From the NCBI GenBank assembly GCA_023475165.1, contig JAMCWA010000088.1, positions 130,298 to 194,297 of the forward strand: 64,000 nucleotides of DNA, read 5' to 3'. The stretch comes from Bacillota bacterium (GTDB taxonomy: Bacteria; Bacillota; Sulfobacillia; JAMCWA01). Below are positions 29,183 to 38,282 of the stretch, in pieces; position 1 is the first letter of the stretch, and each line of letters starts with the position of its first letter. The notes under the pieces are model-generated. The model had not been told where the DNA came from. It did no database searches and was given only the letters and a program-made list of their open reading frames with translations. A program made the translations under genes and the position numbers.

Positions 29183-30082
29183 CTAGGACGTCGGCAAACT
29201 CTTGACGTCGGCAAACTCTTCAGGAAACTCCCTGGCCAAAAAGGAGGCAACAACTTGGAAAATGGCTCGTCCTGCCGTCCTGGGAGCGACCTTGCCGGGC
29301 AACCCCAGAGCCCAGATCGTCTTTAGGCCTAGCTCCCCGGCTCCTGCAAAATCGGTTCCACCGGGGGCGGAAGCCAGATCAATGATCAAGAGTTCAGGTT
29401 GGGCTTTCCCCAAGACCTCCCGGTTCAGCACCAGCGCCGGGATGGTATTAAAGACTACTGTACCCTCCCGGATGACCGCGCCCAGGTTGCGAAGGGGCAC
29501 CGGGCAGCAGCCCATCTCGGCGGCCCGGGCCAATTGCGCCGGGTTTCTGGCCACGACCACTGTGCGCGCCCCCAATCCGCAAAGCATTCTGGCCAGGGTC
29601 AGCCCCGTCCGCCCCAGTCCTAGAACCAGGGCGGTACTGCCGTGCAGGGTCACTGGCAGGTTCTCCATGGCTACTTGCAGGGCCCCTTCCGCGGAAGGAA
29701 TGGAGTTGAGAATGGCAAAGTCGTCACGCTCCCGGTAAGGTATGACCCTAACCCCAGCGGCCGCCGCAGCTACTTCCAAAGCCGGATTACTGCTGCCAAA
29801 AAAGAGGAGGCCCCCCTTCTGCATGGACGCCAGGGCGGTTTCCTCCAGCTTCATTTCGCAACCGTAAGCGTTCTTAATACCTCCAGAGGAGTCCAAGCCC
29901 AAAACCGGGCCTACGACCAGACGGGCACCGGCCAGGGCTTCCGGCAGACCGCGGGTGTAGCCGATGCCCTCCGGCACAAGATTAACCGGGCAACCAGCAA
30001 TAACCACTTCCTCCACCCAACCGCGAAAATAGCCGGCCGCCTCTACCTCCCTTCTATCACCTACCAAGATGGCCAGTTTCAT
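29183..30082 (-). CDS. spoVFA: Dipicolinate synthase subunit A
   Basis: GDRRE, AILNSIPSAEGA, VLGLGRTG, NTIPA, IDLASAPGGTDF, GLPGKVAP. Confidence 0.93.
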   Translation of the reverse strand: MKLAILVGDRREVEAAGYFRGWVEEVVIAGCPVNLVPEGIGYTRGLPEALAGARLVVGPVLGLDSSGGIKNAYGCEMKLEETALASMQKGGLLFFGSSNPALEVAAAAAGVRVIPYRERDDFAILNSIPSAEGALQVAMENLPVTLHGSTALVLGLGRTGLTLARMLCGLGARTVVVARNPAQLARAAEMGCCPVPLRNLGAVIREGTVVFNTIPALVLNREVLGKAQPELLIIDLASAPGGTDFAGAGELGLKTIWALGLPGKVAPRTAGRAIFQVVASFLAREFPEEFADVKSLPTS

Positions 30083-30142
30083 GTTGTCCCTCCGCCCCTC
30101 CGAATCAACCTCCGTCCTCGGCCCCACCCGGGTTCTTCGCGC

Positions 30143-30170
30143 CAACCTCCAGCCTCCAACCTCTAACCTC
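30143..30170 (+). repeat. Heptamer tandem repeat (YARCCTC) x4
   Basis: CAACCTC CAGCCTC CAACCTC TAACCTC. Confidence 0.7.
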
Positions 30171-30189
30171 CGCCCTTTTGGCCTATCCC

Positions 30190-30217
30190 AGTATATGTGA
30201 CCCGAAGTCTGTGGGTG
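30190..30217 (-). promoter_or_regulatory. Putative sigma-K promoter of spoVFAB
   Basis: Minus strand CACC-N16-CATATACT matches mACm-N16-CATAnnnT; spoVFAB is sigma-K dependent in Bacillus. Confidence 0.65.
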
Positions 30218-30228
30218 CCTGCCCCTAG

Positions 30229-30460
30229 GAGACCGCTGAAAAACACCCATCTGCGGTGTGGCGCAATCTGCAAGAAAGAACCTTTTCATTAAAGGGCGTT
30301 GCTATTGCAGATTGTCGCGCCTGCGGCTGGTGCTAACGTATTTCTCTATGCGCCTCCGCGCCAAGCCTTGTCGCTCCTAGTATCTGGGCTGAATTGAGGT
30401 CTCGCCTTAACGATTTCTCGGGTGGGTTAACCACTCAGAACGCAGTTTGTCAGCGGTCTC
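30229..30460 (+). mobile_element. MITE family A, full one-cassette copy (232 bp)
   Basis: TIRs GAGACCGCTGA / TCAGCGGTCTC, flanked on both sides by CTAG (30225-30228, 30461-30464). Confidence 0.9.
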
Positions 30461-30594
30461 CTAGGTTCCTCTGGCATTAGGGACGGCAAAGCCCCGCCGC
30501 CCTTGGGAGATCATTGCCAAGGCCGGTCTGCTGCCCTGTCGCTGAAGCTTTCGAAGGGTCGCCAAGAGCTTTGAAGTCTAGAAATCTCATGACT

Positions 30595-30627
30595 GAAAAA
30601 AAGAGCCCCTGTCTCGGACAGGGACTC
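30595..30627 (-). terminator. Intrinsic terminator
   Basis: CCCTGTC hairpin followed by a T run on the minus strand, downstream of 30699-31196. Confidence 0.55.
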
Positions 30628-30698
30628 CCCGGTCAGACCGATGTTTCCAAGTTTCTCGAGCGAGTTAACCATTCAAGACGCAGTTCATCTGCTGTCTC

Positions 30699-31196
30699 CT
30701 AGTGGGTCTCAACATCAGTGGCACCGTTTTGCCGGAGGATGGAGGCTGCCTCACTCACCTTCTTCTCATCGGATTTAATGACGGTCAGGATGCTGCCCCG
30801 CTTAACTTCTTCCTCATAAAAGCGACCCCTGGCCTCGGGGATCCCCAGGTCCAGCAGTCCACCAGCGATGCCCCCGGTTACAGCTCCGGTCAAACCGGCG
30901 GCAATGGGTCCAGCCGCCAGGATGGGACCGACCCCGGGTATAGCCAGGGCTCCCGCCCCGGCCAGCAGGCCGGCCAAACCGCCAATGGTTCCACCGGTTA
31001 GAGTACCGTTAGAAAGGTTGTCATTGGCGAAACCACCGCCCTGCCCGCCTCTTGTACCAGTCTGACCGCCCCGAGCGGTAGCTTCCTTGGCCACTATGGA
31101 GATCTCGTTGTTGGTAAAGCCTTTTCTGCGCAAATCGTCAACAGCCGTCTCAGCTTGTTGTCGTGACTTAAAGACACCGATCACCGTCTTGGACAT
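30699..31196 (-). CDS. General stress protein-like (YflT-type) Gly-rich membrane protein
   Basis: VIGVFKS..QAE.AVDDL..GF....ISIV, GALAIPGVGPILAAGPI, LGIPE..G.FYEEEV. Sigma-G-like GAATA-N19-CATACTA upstream at 31227-31257. Confidence 0.8.
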   Translation of the reverse strand: MSKTVIGVFKSRQQAETAVDDLRRKGFTNNEISIVAKEATARGGQTGTRGGQGGGFANDNLSNGTLTGGTIGGLAGLLAGAGALAIPGVGPILAAGPIAAGLTGAVTGGIAGGLLDLGIPEARGRFYEEEVKRGSILTVIKSDEKKVSEAASILRQNGATDVETH

Positions 31197-31294
31197 TTAA
31201 AAACCTCCTTCTTGTTGACCTACCATTAGTATGAGAAGGAGGCGCCTGGCTTTATTCAATTTCTGAAGATCTTAACAACCCAAAGAGCGAAAAC

Positions 31295-31615
31295 CTAACG
31301 CCTTTGCCCGCGCAGGGTTAAGCCAAAATAGGGCTGGAGGATGGCCAGGAGCATGGCCAGGGCTGCCAGTGGGTCAAAGGCCATTCCCCACAGCCCGATC
31401 CGATCGGGCGGGTTAAGTTTGAGAAATTGGATGATCCCGGCCAGGGCCAAATAGATTCCGGCGGCCATGGCCAGAAAGTCTTTGAGGGCATCCGCCAGAG
31501 GAGAGGCGACGGCTGGAGTCTCCTCCCTGGTCGTCACCCGTAAGGACACCCGCCGTACTATCGAACTTACCACCAGAAGAAAGAGGATGGCCACCGCCAC
31601 TGGGGTCATCGCCAT
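31295..31615 (-). CDS. Hypothetical membrane protein
   Basis: Hydrophobic segments, SPLADAL..LAMAAGIYLAL, DPLAALA; GGGGGAG RBS. Confidence 0.7.
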   Translation of the reverse strand: MAMTPVAVAILFLLVVSSIVRRVSLRVTTREETPAVASPLADALKDFLAMAAGIYLALAGIIQFLKLNPPDRIGLWGMAFDPLAALAMLLAILQPYFGLTLRGQRR

Positions 31616-31633
31616 GTCCCTGCTCCCCCCTGG

Positions 31634-31709
31634 GAGACCGCTGGAGAACTCCCATCTGCGTGCCAGGCGGGCTCCCGCCCGTCTGAAACCGCAGTTCGTC
31701 AGCAGTCAC
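31634..31709 (+). mobile_element. Internally deleted family A MITE (76 bp)
   Basis: GAGACCGCTGGAGAACTCCCATCTGCG ... CGCAGTTCGTCAGCAGTCAC. Confidence 0.75.
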
Positions 31710-31905
31710 GACAATAGTTGCTTAATATCTTGTATGCCCGCAGGTCGCAAAAAAGACCGGGCTGGGCCGCTTTGCCTTCCCACGCCGGGCAAAAAAAATC
31801 CGAGTCCTCCTCGGTGTTTGGTTTTCAGGGTCAGCACCTCGGCCAACCCCTTGCCCAGCTGTGATGACGACAGGTTGGCACCTACTGGTGGCGAAAAAGC
31901 ACGCT

Positions 31906-32112
31906 CTATCTACCGCTTTGCAACCTCAAAGCCCGGACGATCAGGAAATCCAGTTGCCGTGAGAGGGTCCACACCGCCTGAATCCTCCCGCTATCGTATT
32001 CAGGCCCGCTGTCCTCTTGCAGCTGCCTTCGGAGTCGCTCGATCTCCAAGAGCAGCTCTGCTTCGCTCAAAAACGACCTCGTCCTCCTTTTTTTCTCTTT
32101 TGAGGTGAACAA
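31906..32112 (-). CDS. Spo0E-like aspartyl-phosphate phosphatase (start uncertain)
   Basis: LLEIERLRRQL...LSRQLDFLI resembles the Spo0E SQELD motif. Confidence 0.6.
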   Translation of the reverse strand: MFTSKEKKRRTRSFLSEAELLLEIERLRRQLQEDSGPEYDSGRIQAVWTLSRQLDFLIVRALRLQSGR

Positions 32113-32251
32113 ATCGCCAAATAGTCGCCTAATCCTTCAGCCAGGCTCAACCATATGCGATTATACTACACTCCCCCGGTCACGTCCAATTAAATCGATC
32201 GCAATTTCCGACAAGATCATACCCTTCAGATCGACTTTTTTCGATAAAAAA

Positions 32252-32716
32252 CTATTTCCGTAGCCCAGTATGGCCAAAACCTCCCGCCCCACGCTGCGTC
32301 GCCTCCAGTTCCTCAACCTCGACCAGTTCCGCCCGAAGCACCGGTTGGAGGACCAATTGGGCGATCCGGTCGCCGCGCCGGATGACAAAGGGCTCTTTCC
32401 CGAGGTTAATGAGAATAACCTGGACCTCTCCCCGGTAATCACTGTCAATGGTACCGGGGCTGTTCAAGAGGGTTACCGAATGTTTGAGGGACAGACCGCT
32501 CCTGGGACGCACCTGACCCTCGTACCCGGGTGGAACGGCCAAAGATAACCCCGTCGGGACCAGGGTCACCCCTCCAGCCGGTAGCGTTATTTCCGCCTCG
32601 ACGGCGGCGTAGAGATCCATCCCGGCCGCTCCCTCCGTCATGTAGCGAGGAAGAGGTAGATCCTCAGTCCCCTTGCGGCGTCGCACCCGGACGATGATGT
32701 TCTGGCCCTGTCTCAT
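32252..32716 (-). CDS. dut: dUTP diphosphatase
   Basis: [40 protein letters not shown]. Confidence 0.95.
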   Translation of the reverse strand: MRQGQNIIVRVRRRKGTEDLPLPRYMTEGAAGMDLYAAVEAEITLPAGGVTLVPTGLSLAVPPGYEGQVRPRSGLSLKHSVTLLNSPGTIDSDYRGEVQVILINLGKEPFVIRRGDRIAQLVLQPVLRAELVEVEELEATQRGAGGFGHTGLRK

Positions 32717-32738
32717 CCGAAAAACCCCCTTTGTCTTG

Positions 32739-33148
32739 GAGACCGCTGGAAAACACCCATCTGCGTTGCCGCAATCCGCCGGAGGACTCTTCCTAAAAAT
32801 GGGACGCGCCTGTGGCGGATTGCCGGGCAATCGGCCCGCAACAACTTGCCATCAAGTCAGGCGTCGGCTAAGGCCGATTGTGGCGCAATTCGCCAGGGGA
32901 GCTTTCCTGGTCAGATGGTGCATGACTACGACGAATTGTGTCGTTCCGGCGGCTCCTCACTCAACGTACCGCCCAGTACGCCTCGCTTCGGAGCCTTGTC
33001 GCTCCTAGCATCTGGGCATTCTTGAGCGGTCTTGGCCCAACAGTGTGGCTAAAGCCGTCAGAAGGACTTTCGTTATCAAGCCTTTTATAGACTATGGCGT
33101 CTTTCCTCGGGCAGGTAACCACTCAAACCGCAGTTCGTCAGCATTCTA
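32739..33148 (+). mobile_element. Expanded MITE family A with three tandem hairpin cassettes
   Basis: Left TIR GAGACCGCTGGAAAAC; cassettes at 32771-32823, 32827-32881 and 32885-32940; conserved core; inner and outer right ends. Confidence 0.85.
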
Positions 33149-33231
33149 CACGGAAACAAACCAGCTACTTCCAGGACGCCGCTGCTGTTTCACTACCCTT
33201 TGGCGCCGCCAAAAGGCGGCATGGGGGTCTC
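33146..33231 (-). repeat. Family B unit fused to the family A right end
   Basis: Reverse complement of 25774-25860 / 28864-28950; CTAG at 33232-33235. Confidence 0.8.
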
Positions 33232-34506
33232 CTAGGAGACCTTCTCCCGCCCGCCAGGAAGGAGACGGCTCAGCCGCTTTTCACTGATTGGTCCAACCGC
33301 CGCCGCCGACAGGTCATCAATCTGCAATACCAACTCGGCGATGGCCGCAAGATCCTCCAGAGTAACGGCCTCAATCTTGGCCAGGAGCTCATCCAAACTC
33401 AAAACCCGGCCAAGCAAGATTTCCGAGCGGCCCAAATGACTCATCCGACTCCCAGTGCCCTCCAGACCCAGCATGAGCCCGCCCTTTAACTGTTCCTTGG
33501 CCCTCACCATTTCCTCCCGGCTTACTTCCCCCTGGCGAAGGGCTTGCATCTCCCTTTGGATCAGGCTAACAACCCGCTCCAGATATCGCGAGCTCATCCC
33601 GGCATAGACGGTGAAAAGACCGGCATCGTCAAAGGAAGACGGATAGGAATAGATGGAGTAAACCAGACCCATCTCCTCCCTCACCTTTTGGAAGAGCCTG
33701 GAGCTGGAGCCTCCCCCCAGGATGGTGTTTAGGACATTGAGCGAATAGTTGCGTTCGTCACCGGTGGGTAGTCCTCTGGTGCCCAGACAGAGATGGACCT
33801 GTTCCGTCCGGCGTTTTTTTAAGAGGACGCCGGGCAAGTCCAGCGGCTTCTCCCCCGTTGGAAGGTCGGACCTGCTTCCCTCCCAGGCGTCAAAAGCCCC
33901 TCCCACCAGGTCAAAAACCTCCTTGGCCTGGACATGTCCGGCTACGGACAGGACGGTCTGGCCCGGAACATAATTCTCTCGAAAATAACCCAAGATGTCT
34001 GCCGCCCGCATTCCTGCGATGACCTCCTTGCTTCCCAGGACGGGTCGACCCAGGGGGTGACCGTCCCAGCGGCTGCGGGCAAAAAGGTCATGTACTTCTT
34101 CATCCGGGGTATCCTCATACATCTTGATCTCTTCCAGGATTACACCGCGCTCGCGTTCCATATCCCCCGGATCAAAGCGAGGTGACAGGATCATGTCGGC
34201 GAGGACCTCGGTGGCTATCCCCAGATGCTCGTCCATGACTTTGGCATAATAGCAGGTATACTCCTTGGTGGTATAGGCGTTGATCTGACCCCCCAGACCT
34301 TCAATGGCTTCCGCCAGCTGGCGGGCTGTCCGCTTCTCCGTCCCTTTGAAAAGGAGGTGTTCGATGAAATGGGAAATCCCAGCCTGATCATCCCTTTCCC
34401 GGCGTGAACCTACTCCTACCCAAACCCCTATGGAGACGGAGCGGACGTGGGGTATTTCCTCCACCAGTATTCTCAGCCCATTGGGCAATACCATCCGCTG
34501 AAACAG
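33232..34506 (-). CDS. M16 (pitrilysin-family) zinc peptidase, YmxG/MlpA-like
   Basis: HFIEHLLFKGT, NAYTTKEYTCYY, GGGSSSRLFQKVRE; downstream of pnp. Start approximate. Confidence 0.92.
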   Translation of the reverse strand: MFQRMVLPNGLRILVEEIPHVRSVSIGVWVGVGSRRERDDQAGISHFIEHLLFKGTEKRTARQLAEAIEGLGGQINAYTTKEYTCYYAKVMDEHLGIATEVLADMILSPRFDPGDMERERGVILEEIKMYEDTPDEEVHDLFARSRWDGHPLGRPVLGSKEVIAGMRAADILGYFRENYVPGQTVLSVAGHVQAKEVFDLVGGAFDAWEGSRSDLPTGEKPLDLPGVLLKKRRTEQVHLCLGTRGLPTGDERNYSLNVLNTILGGGSSSRLFQKVREEMGLVYSIYSYPSSFDDAGLFTVYAGMSSRYLERVVSLIQREMQALRQGEVSREEMVRAKEQLKGGLMLGLEGTGSRMSHLGRSEILLGRVLSLDELLAKIEAVTLEDLAAIAELVLQIDDLSAAAVGPISEKRLSRLLPGGREKVS

Positions 34507-34606
34507 ATTCTCTCCTCCCTTACTCCCCATCAAGGATAAAAACCCCTCGCGGGGTTTATCGATCGGCAGCTCTTTTCGGCCGTATCCGAGAGCCAAAGCA
34601 GGAACC

Positions 34607-36745
34607 TTAACGACGCTTCGGACCTGGCAGCGGTGGTCGTTCAGCATTATCCTTTTTTGCTTTCTCTTGGCGCAGCGCCTCTTTGTGTGAGAGATTGATG
34701 CGGCCGCGATCGTCGATCTCTACCACCTTGACCAGAATCTCATCGCCGACATTGACCACGTCCTCGACCTTCCCCACTCGCTCTTCCGCCAACTGCGAGA
34801 TGTGGACCAGTCCTTCCTTCCCCGGCAAGAACTCCACAAAGGCACCGAAATTCATGAGCCGGACGACCTTACCCAGGTAGACTGAGCCCACTTCAGGATC
34901 GCGGGTTAACGATTCGATGATGGACAGCGCCTTTTGACCCGACTCCATATCCGCAGCGGCGATAAAGACCCTTCCGTCCTGCTCCACATCGATCTTGGTC
35001 TTCGTTTCCGAGATGATCCGGTTAATGATCTTCCCACCCGGTCCGATGATATCGCGGATCTTCTCCGGATCGATCTGAGTAACCAGGATCCTGGGGGCAT
35101 AGGGCGAAAGCTCTTTCCTGGGCTCCGGCAGGACCGCTGTCATCTTGTCCAGGATAAAGAGACGTCCTTCTCGGGCCTGTTTCAAGGCCGTACTCAGGAT
35201 TTCCCGGTTGACACCGCCAATCTTAATATCCATCTGTAGGGCCGTTACCCCCTCCCTGGTCCCGGCCACCTTAAAGTCCATATCCCCCAGGGCATCTTCT
35301 AAGCCCTGGATGTCCGTCAAGACAGCAAACCGACCTCCCTCCTCGATGAGGCCCATGGCCACGCCACCTACGGGGGCCTTAACGGGAACCCCGGCGTCCA
35401 TGAGGGCCAGGGTACTGCCGCAAACGCTGGCCATAGAGGTGGAGCCGTTGGATTCCAGGACCTCTGAAACTACCCGGACGGTATAGGGAAAATCCGTCTC
35501 CGGGGGAAGCACCGGCTCCAAAGCCCGTTCGGCCAAAGCCCCATGCCCGATCTCGCGCCGGCCGGCTCCCCGGAGGGGTCGCGCCTCGCCCACGCTAAAG
35601 GGGGGGGAAGTTGTAATGGTGCATGTAGCTTTGGCCTCTTCATATCCTACATCATCCAGGGGTTGGACGTCCCCTACCGCCCCCAGGGTGGCCACAGAGA
35701 GGACCTGGGTTTGCCCCCGGGTGAAAAGCCCGCTGCCGTGGGTCCGAGGCAGAATGCCCACTTCCACCGAGATGGGCCTGATTTCGTCGGTTCTTCGTCC
35801 ATCTGGCCGGATACCTTCCTCCAGGATCATCCGCCGAACTTCTTTCTTCAAAATATCCTTGAGGACCGCCGCGATATCCTTTTCCCTGTCTGGCCATTCC
35901 TGGAGCAGGGCTGCCTGAACCTCTTTCTCAATCTCGTCGATGGTTTCCTCACGGCGGAGCTTATCTTTAATGGTCAGGGCTTCCCGCAGGCCCGCCCCGC
36001 CCCTCTCCTCGACCCGCTCGCGCAGGGCCTCTTCGATCTCATAAAGAGGGATCCGCCGCTTGGGTTTGCCCACCTCGGCCACGATCTTCTCCTGGAAATC
36101 GGTCAGGGTCTTGATAAACTCGTGACCATAAAGAATGGCCTCCAACATCGACTCCTCCGGGATCTCCCTGGCCCCGGCTTCCACCATCAAGATGGCTTGC
36201 CTGGTTCCGGCCACCACCAGGTGCAGGTCGCTCTTTTCCGCTTCTTCCCGCTTGGGGTTAATAATGAAACGACCATCGACCCGGCCAACTATCACCGCCC
36301 CTATTGGCCCCTCAAAGGGGATATCAGAGAGAGAAAGAGCGGCCGAGGCACCGATGAGAGAGCACACCTCCGGGGCATGGTCATGATCCACGGACAGGAT
36401 GGTGCTGATGATCTGGACATCGTTGCGGAAACCTTTTGGGAACAAAGGCCGAATGGGGCGGTCGGTGAGGCGGGCAGCCAAAATGGCCTTGGTCGGAGGT
36501 CGTCCTTCCCGCCGGTGCCAGTTCCCTGGTATCCTGCCTACAGCGTAGAGCCGCTCCTCCACATCGACGGTTAGAGGGAAAAAATCAATCCCTTCCCGCG
36601 GTTCGGCCGAGCTGGTGGCGGTAACCAGGACGACGGTATCGCCGTAGCGTACCAGAACAGCTCCGTTGGCTTGCTTGGCCAACTTACCGGTTTCAATGGT
36701 CAAAGGTCTACCGGCTAATTCTAAGGTAAAGGTTCTGTATTCCAC
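34607..36745 (-). CDS. pnp: Polyribonucleotide nucleotidyltransferase (short locally frameshifted segment)
   Basis: [46 protein letters not shown] and S1 domains. Confidence 0.96.
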   Translation of the reverse strand: MEYRTFTLELAGRPLTIETGKLAKQANGAVLVRYGDTVVLVTATSSAEPREGIDFFPLTVDVEERLYAVGRIPGNWHRREGRPPTKAILAARLTDRPIRPLFPKGFRNDVQIISTILSVDHDHAPEVCSLIGASAALSLSDIPFEGPIGAVIVGRVDGRFIINPKREEAEKSDLHLVVAGTRQAILMVEAGAREIPEESMLEAILYGHEFIKTLTDFQEKIVAEVGKPKRRIPLYEIEEALRERVEERGGAGLREALTIKDKLRREETIDEIEKEVQAALLQEWPDREKDIAAVLKDILKKEVRRMILEEGIRPDGRRTDEIRPISVEVGILPRTHGSGLFTRGQTQVLSVATLGAVGDVQPLDDVGYEEAKATCTITTSPPFSVGEARPLRGAGRREIGHGALAERALEPVLPPETDFPYTVRVVSEVLESNGSTSMASVCGSTLALMDAGVPVKAPVGGVAMGLIEEGGRFAVLTDIQGLEDALGDMDFKVAGTREGVTALQMDIKIGGVNREILSTALKQAREGRLFILDKMTAVLPEPRKELSPYAPRILVTQIDPEKIRDIIGPGGKIINRIISETKTKIDVEQDGRVFIAAADMESGQKALSIIESLTRDPEVGSVYLGKVVRLMNFGAFVEFLPGKEGLVHISQLAEERVGKVEDVVNVGDEILVKVVEIDDRGRINLSHKEALRQEKAKKDNAERPPLPGPKRR

Positions 36746-36905
36746 TATCTCTATACTCTCCTCCCTGTCGGTACAGACATCGGCAATGCGTAGTTAGGGA
36801 ACTGCAACGTCTCCAGGAACCTCCCACGGATGCCTTCCAGCTGGTTGGGTGTACTCGGCACCGCAAACCGCAGGGTGATAGGGGAGATTCCTCCAGTTCC
36901 CGACA

Positions 36906-36931
36906 GAATAAAGAGCGGGCTTACCCGCTCT
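36906..36931 (-). terminator. rpsO terminator
   Basis: AGAGCGGG-TAAG-CCCGCTCT-TTATT on the minus strand. Confidence 0.7.
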
Positions 36932-36944
36932 GAAGACCACCGGC

Positions 36945-37214
36945 TTACTTACGTAAGCCCAAACGGTCGATGATCTCGCGATAACGTCCGACGTCGTTAT
37001 CCTTGAGATAGTTCAAAAGGCCACGTCGGGAACCGACCATCTTCAAGAGCCCACGGCGCGAATGAAAGTCCTTGCGGTGCTCCTTCAGGTGCTCCGTCAG
37101 ATAGTTGATCCTTTCTGTCAGGATAGCGATCTGGACCTCGGGCGAACCGGTATCCTTTTCGTGGCGCTTGAACCTCTCGATGATTTCCTTTTTCTTGCTA
37201 GTATCCAGCGACAC
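36945..37214 (-). CDS. rpsO: 30S ribosomal protein S15
   Basis: [30 protein letters not shown]. Confidence 0.97.
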   Translation of the reverse strand: MSLDTSKKKEIIERFKRHEKDTGSPEVQIAILTERINYLTEHLKEHRKDFHSRRGLLKMVGSRRGLLNYLKDNDVGRYREIIDRLGLRK

Positions 37215-37224
37215 CTTTTTCACC

Positions 37225-37297
37225 TCCAGGATTATTATCCCCAATCAGCCAAGTAAACCGCCGGTGAATTCGGCAAACCTAGCCGTGGTTAGTGGAC
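37225..37297 (-). promoter_or_regulatory. Putative S15 autoregulatory mRNA leader
   Basis: Structured 5' leader (AACC..CTAGG..CCGAATTCACCGGCG..CTTGG..GGGG) at the expected position; resembles the Firmicutes rpsO leader as recalled. Confidence 0.5.
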
Positions 37298-37321
37298 AAA
37301 TGAGATTTTATCATACCGCTT

Positions 37322-38278
37322 TCAGGTTGTAAACGGAAAACCACCCCTCCTTTCCCGGCTCAAGACGGTCCGGGCTCGCAGGATATCCTTTCCCACCTGT
37401 TCCAGGAGGGCCTTGACCCCAGGAAACCTCTGTTCCTCACGCAGCCATTCCACAAATTGCACCGTCAACTCTCTCCCGTATAGATCACCGCTAAAGTCCA
37501 GGAGGTGCACCTCCAGAGTATCTTCCGGACCGTCGGGCCCGAAGGTGGGTTGACGTCCCAGGTTGGCCACACCCAGGTAAGAGAACCCCTCGTATTCAAC
37601 CCGCACGACATAAACACCCCTCGCCGGAACCACTTTCCCGGCAGGCCAGACCAGATTAGCGGTCGGTAATCCCAGGCCCCGGCCACGGCCATGACCGCTA
37701 ATCACCAGGCCGGTTACCGCGTAGGAACGTCCGAGCAACTCGGCCGCACGCCCGACCTTACCGGTCGATAACATCTCCCGGATGAGGGTACTGGAGACGG
37801 TCTCGCCACCTATCACTACGGGCGGCAAGACATCCACCTCAAACCCCAGGCTCCTCCCCAAAAACCCCAGGGTCTGCGGCGTCCCCACCCCTCGATAGCC
37901 AAAACTGAAATTGAACCCCACCAGCACTCGCCTGGCGCCAATACCGTCCCGTAAGATCTCCCGTGCAAAAGACTGGCAATCCTTCTGAGCCATCTCCCGG
38001 GTGAAAGGCAACACCAGGAGATACTCTGCCCCCAGGGCCTCGATAGCTGCCCTCTTCTCCTCAGAAGTGGTCAGAAGAAGGGGAGCCCTGGCCGGATTGA
38101 TCACCTCCAGGGGATGGGGATCAAAGGTTAAGACAATGACCCTCCCCCTGGCCGTCCTGGCCTTTTCCACCGCCATCCGGATCAGGGCCTGATGACCACG
38201 GTGGACTCCGTCAAAACTGCCGATAGCCACTACGTTGGACTGATCCCGGATCAATCCCACATCCCTGACTACCTGCAT
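37322..38278 (-). CDS. ribF: Bifunctional riboflavin kinase / FAD synthetase
   Basis: GSFDGVHRGHQ, TFDPHP, VSSTLIR, GLPTAN, EVHLLDF. Confidence 0.95.
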   Translation of the reverse strand: MQVVRDVGLIRDQSNVVAIGSFDGVHRGHQALIRMAVEKARTARGRVIVLTFDPHPLEVINPARAPLLLTTSEEKRAAIEALGAEYLLVLPFTREMAQKDCQSFAREILRDGIGARRVLVGFNFSFGYRGVGTPQTLGFLGRSLGFEVDVLPPVVIGGETVSSTLIREMLSTGKVGRAAELLGRSYAVTGLVISGHGRGRGLGLPTANLVWPAGKVVPARGVYVVRVEYEGFSYLGVANLGRQPTFGPDGPEDTLEVHLLDFSGDLYGRELTVQFVEWLREEQRFPGVKALLEQVGKDILRARTVLSRERRGGFPFTT

Positions 38279-38282
38279 TAAC

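Noticed and set aside
28589-29253. Small ORFs sharing peptides such as NQLLPGRRCC..LWRRQKAAWGSP (also 25721-25972 and 33045-33287)
   Set aside because: They are translations of the family B repeat, with differing frames and ends and no RBS support.
30083-30289. Apparent N-terminal extensions on spoVFA, dut, gvpK, gvpF, dapA, lysA and the sigma-54 regulator
   Set aside because: The ORF caller ran into upstream repeats, leaders or neighbouring genes. Better RBS/start pairs lie at the conserved N-termini.
30263-30315. IS110 bridge-RNA-like loop
   Set aside because: The stem-internal loop-stem shape is only superficially similar. There is no IS110 recombinase in the window, and the host element has TIRs with CTAG duplication.
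32771-32940. CRISPR array or integron attC array
   Set aside because: Junctions are only 13 bp and imperfect, and the units are homologous to each other rather than unique spacers. No cas or intI gene is present, and the RYYYAAC/GTTRRRY attC consensus is absent.
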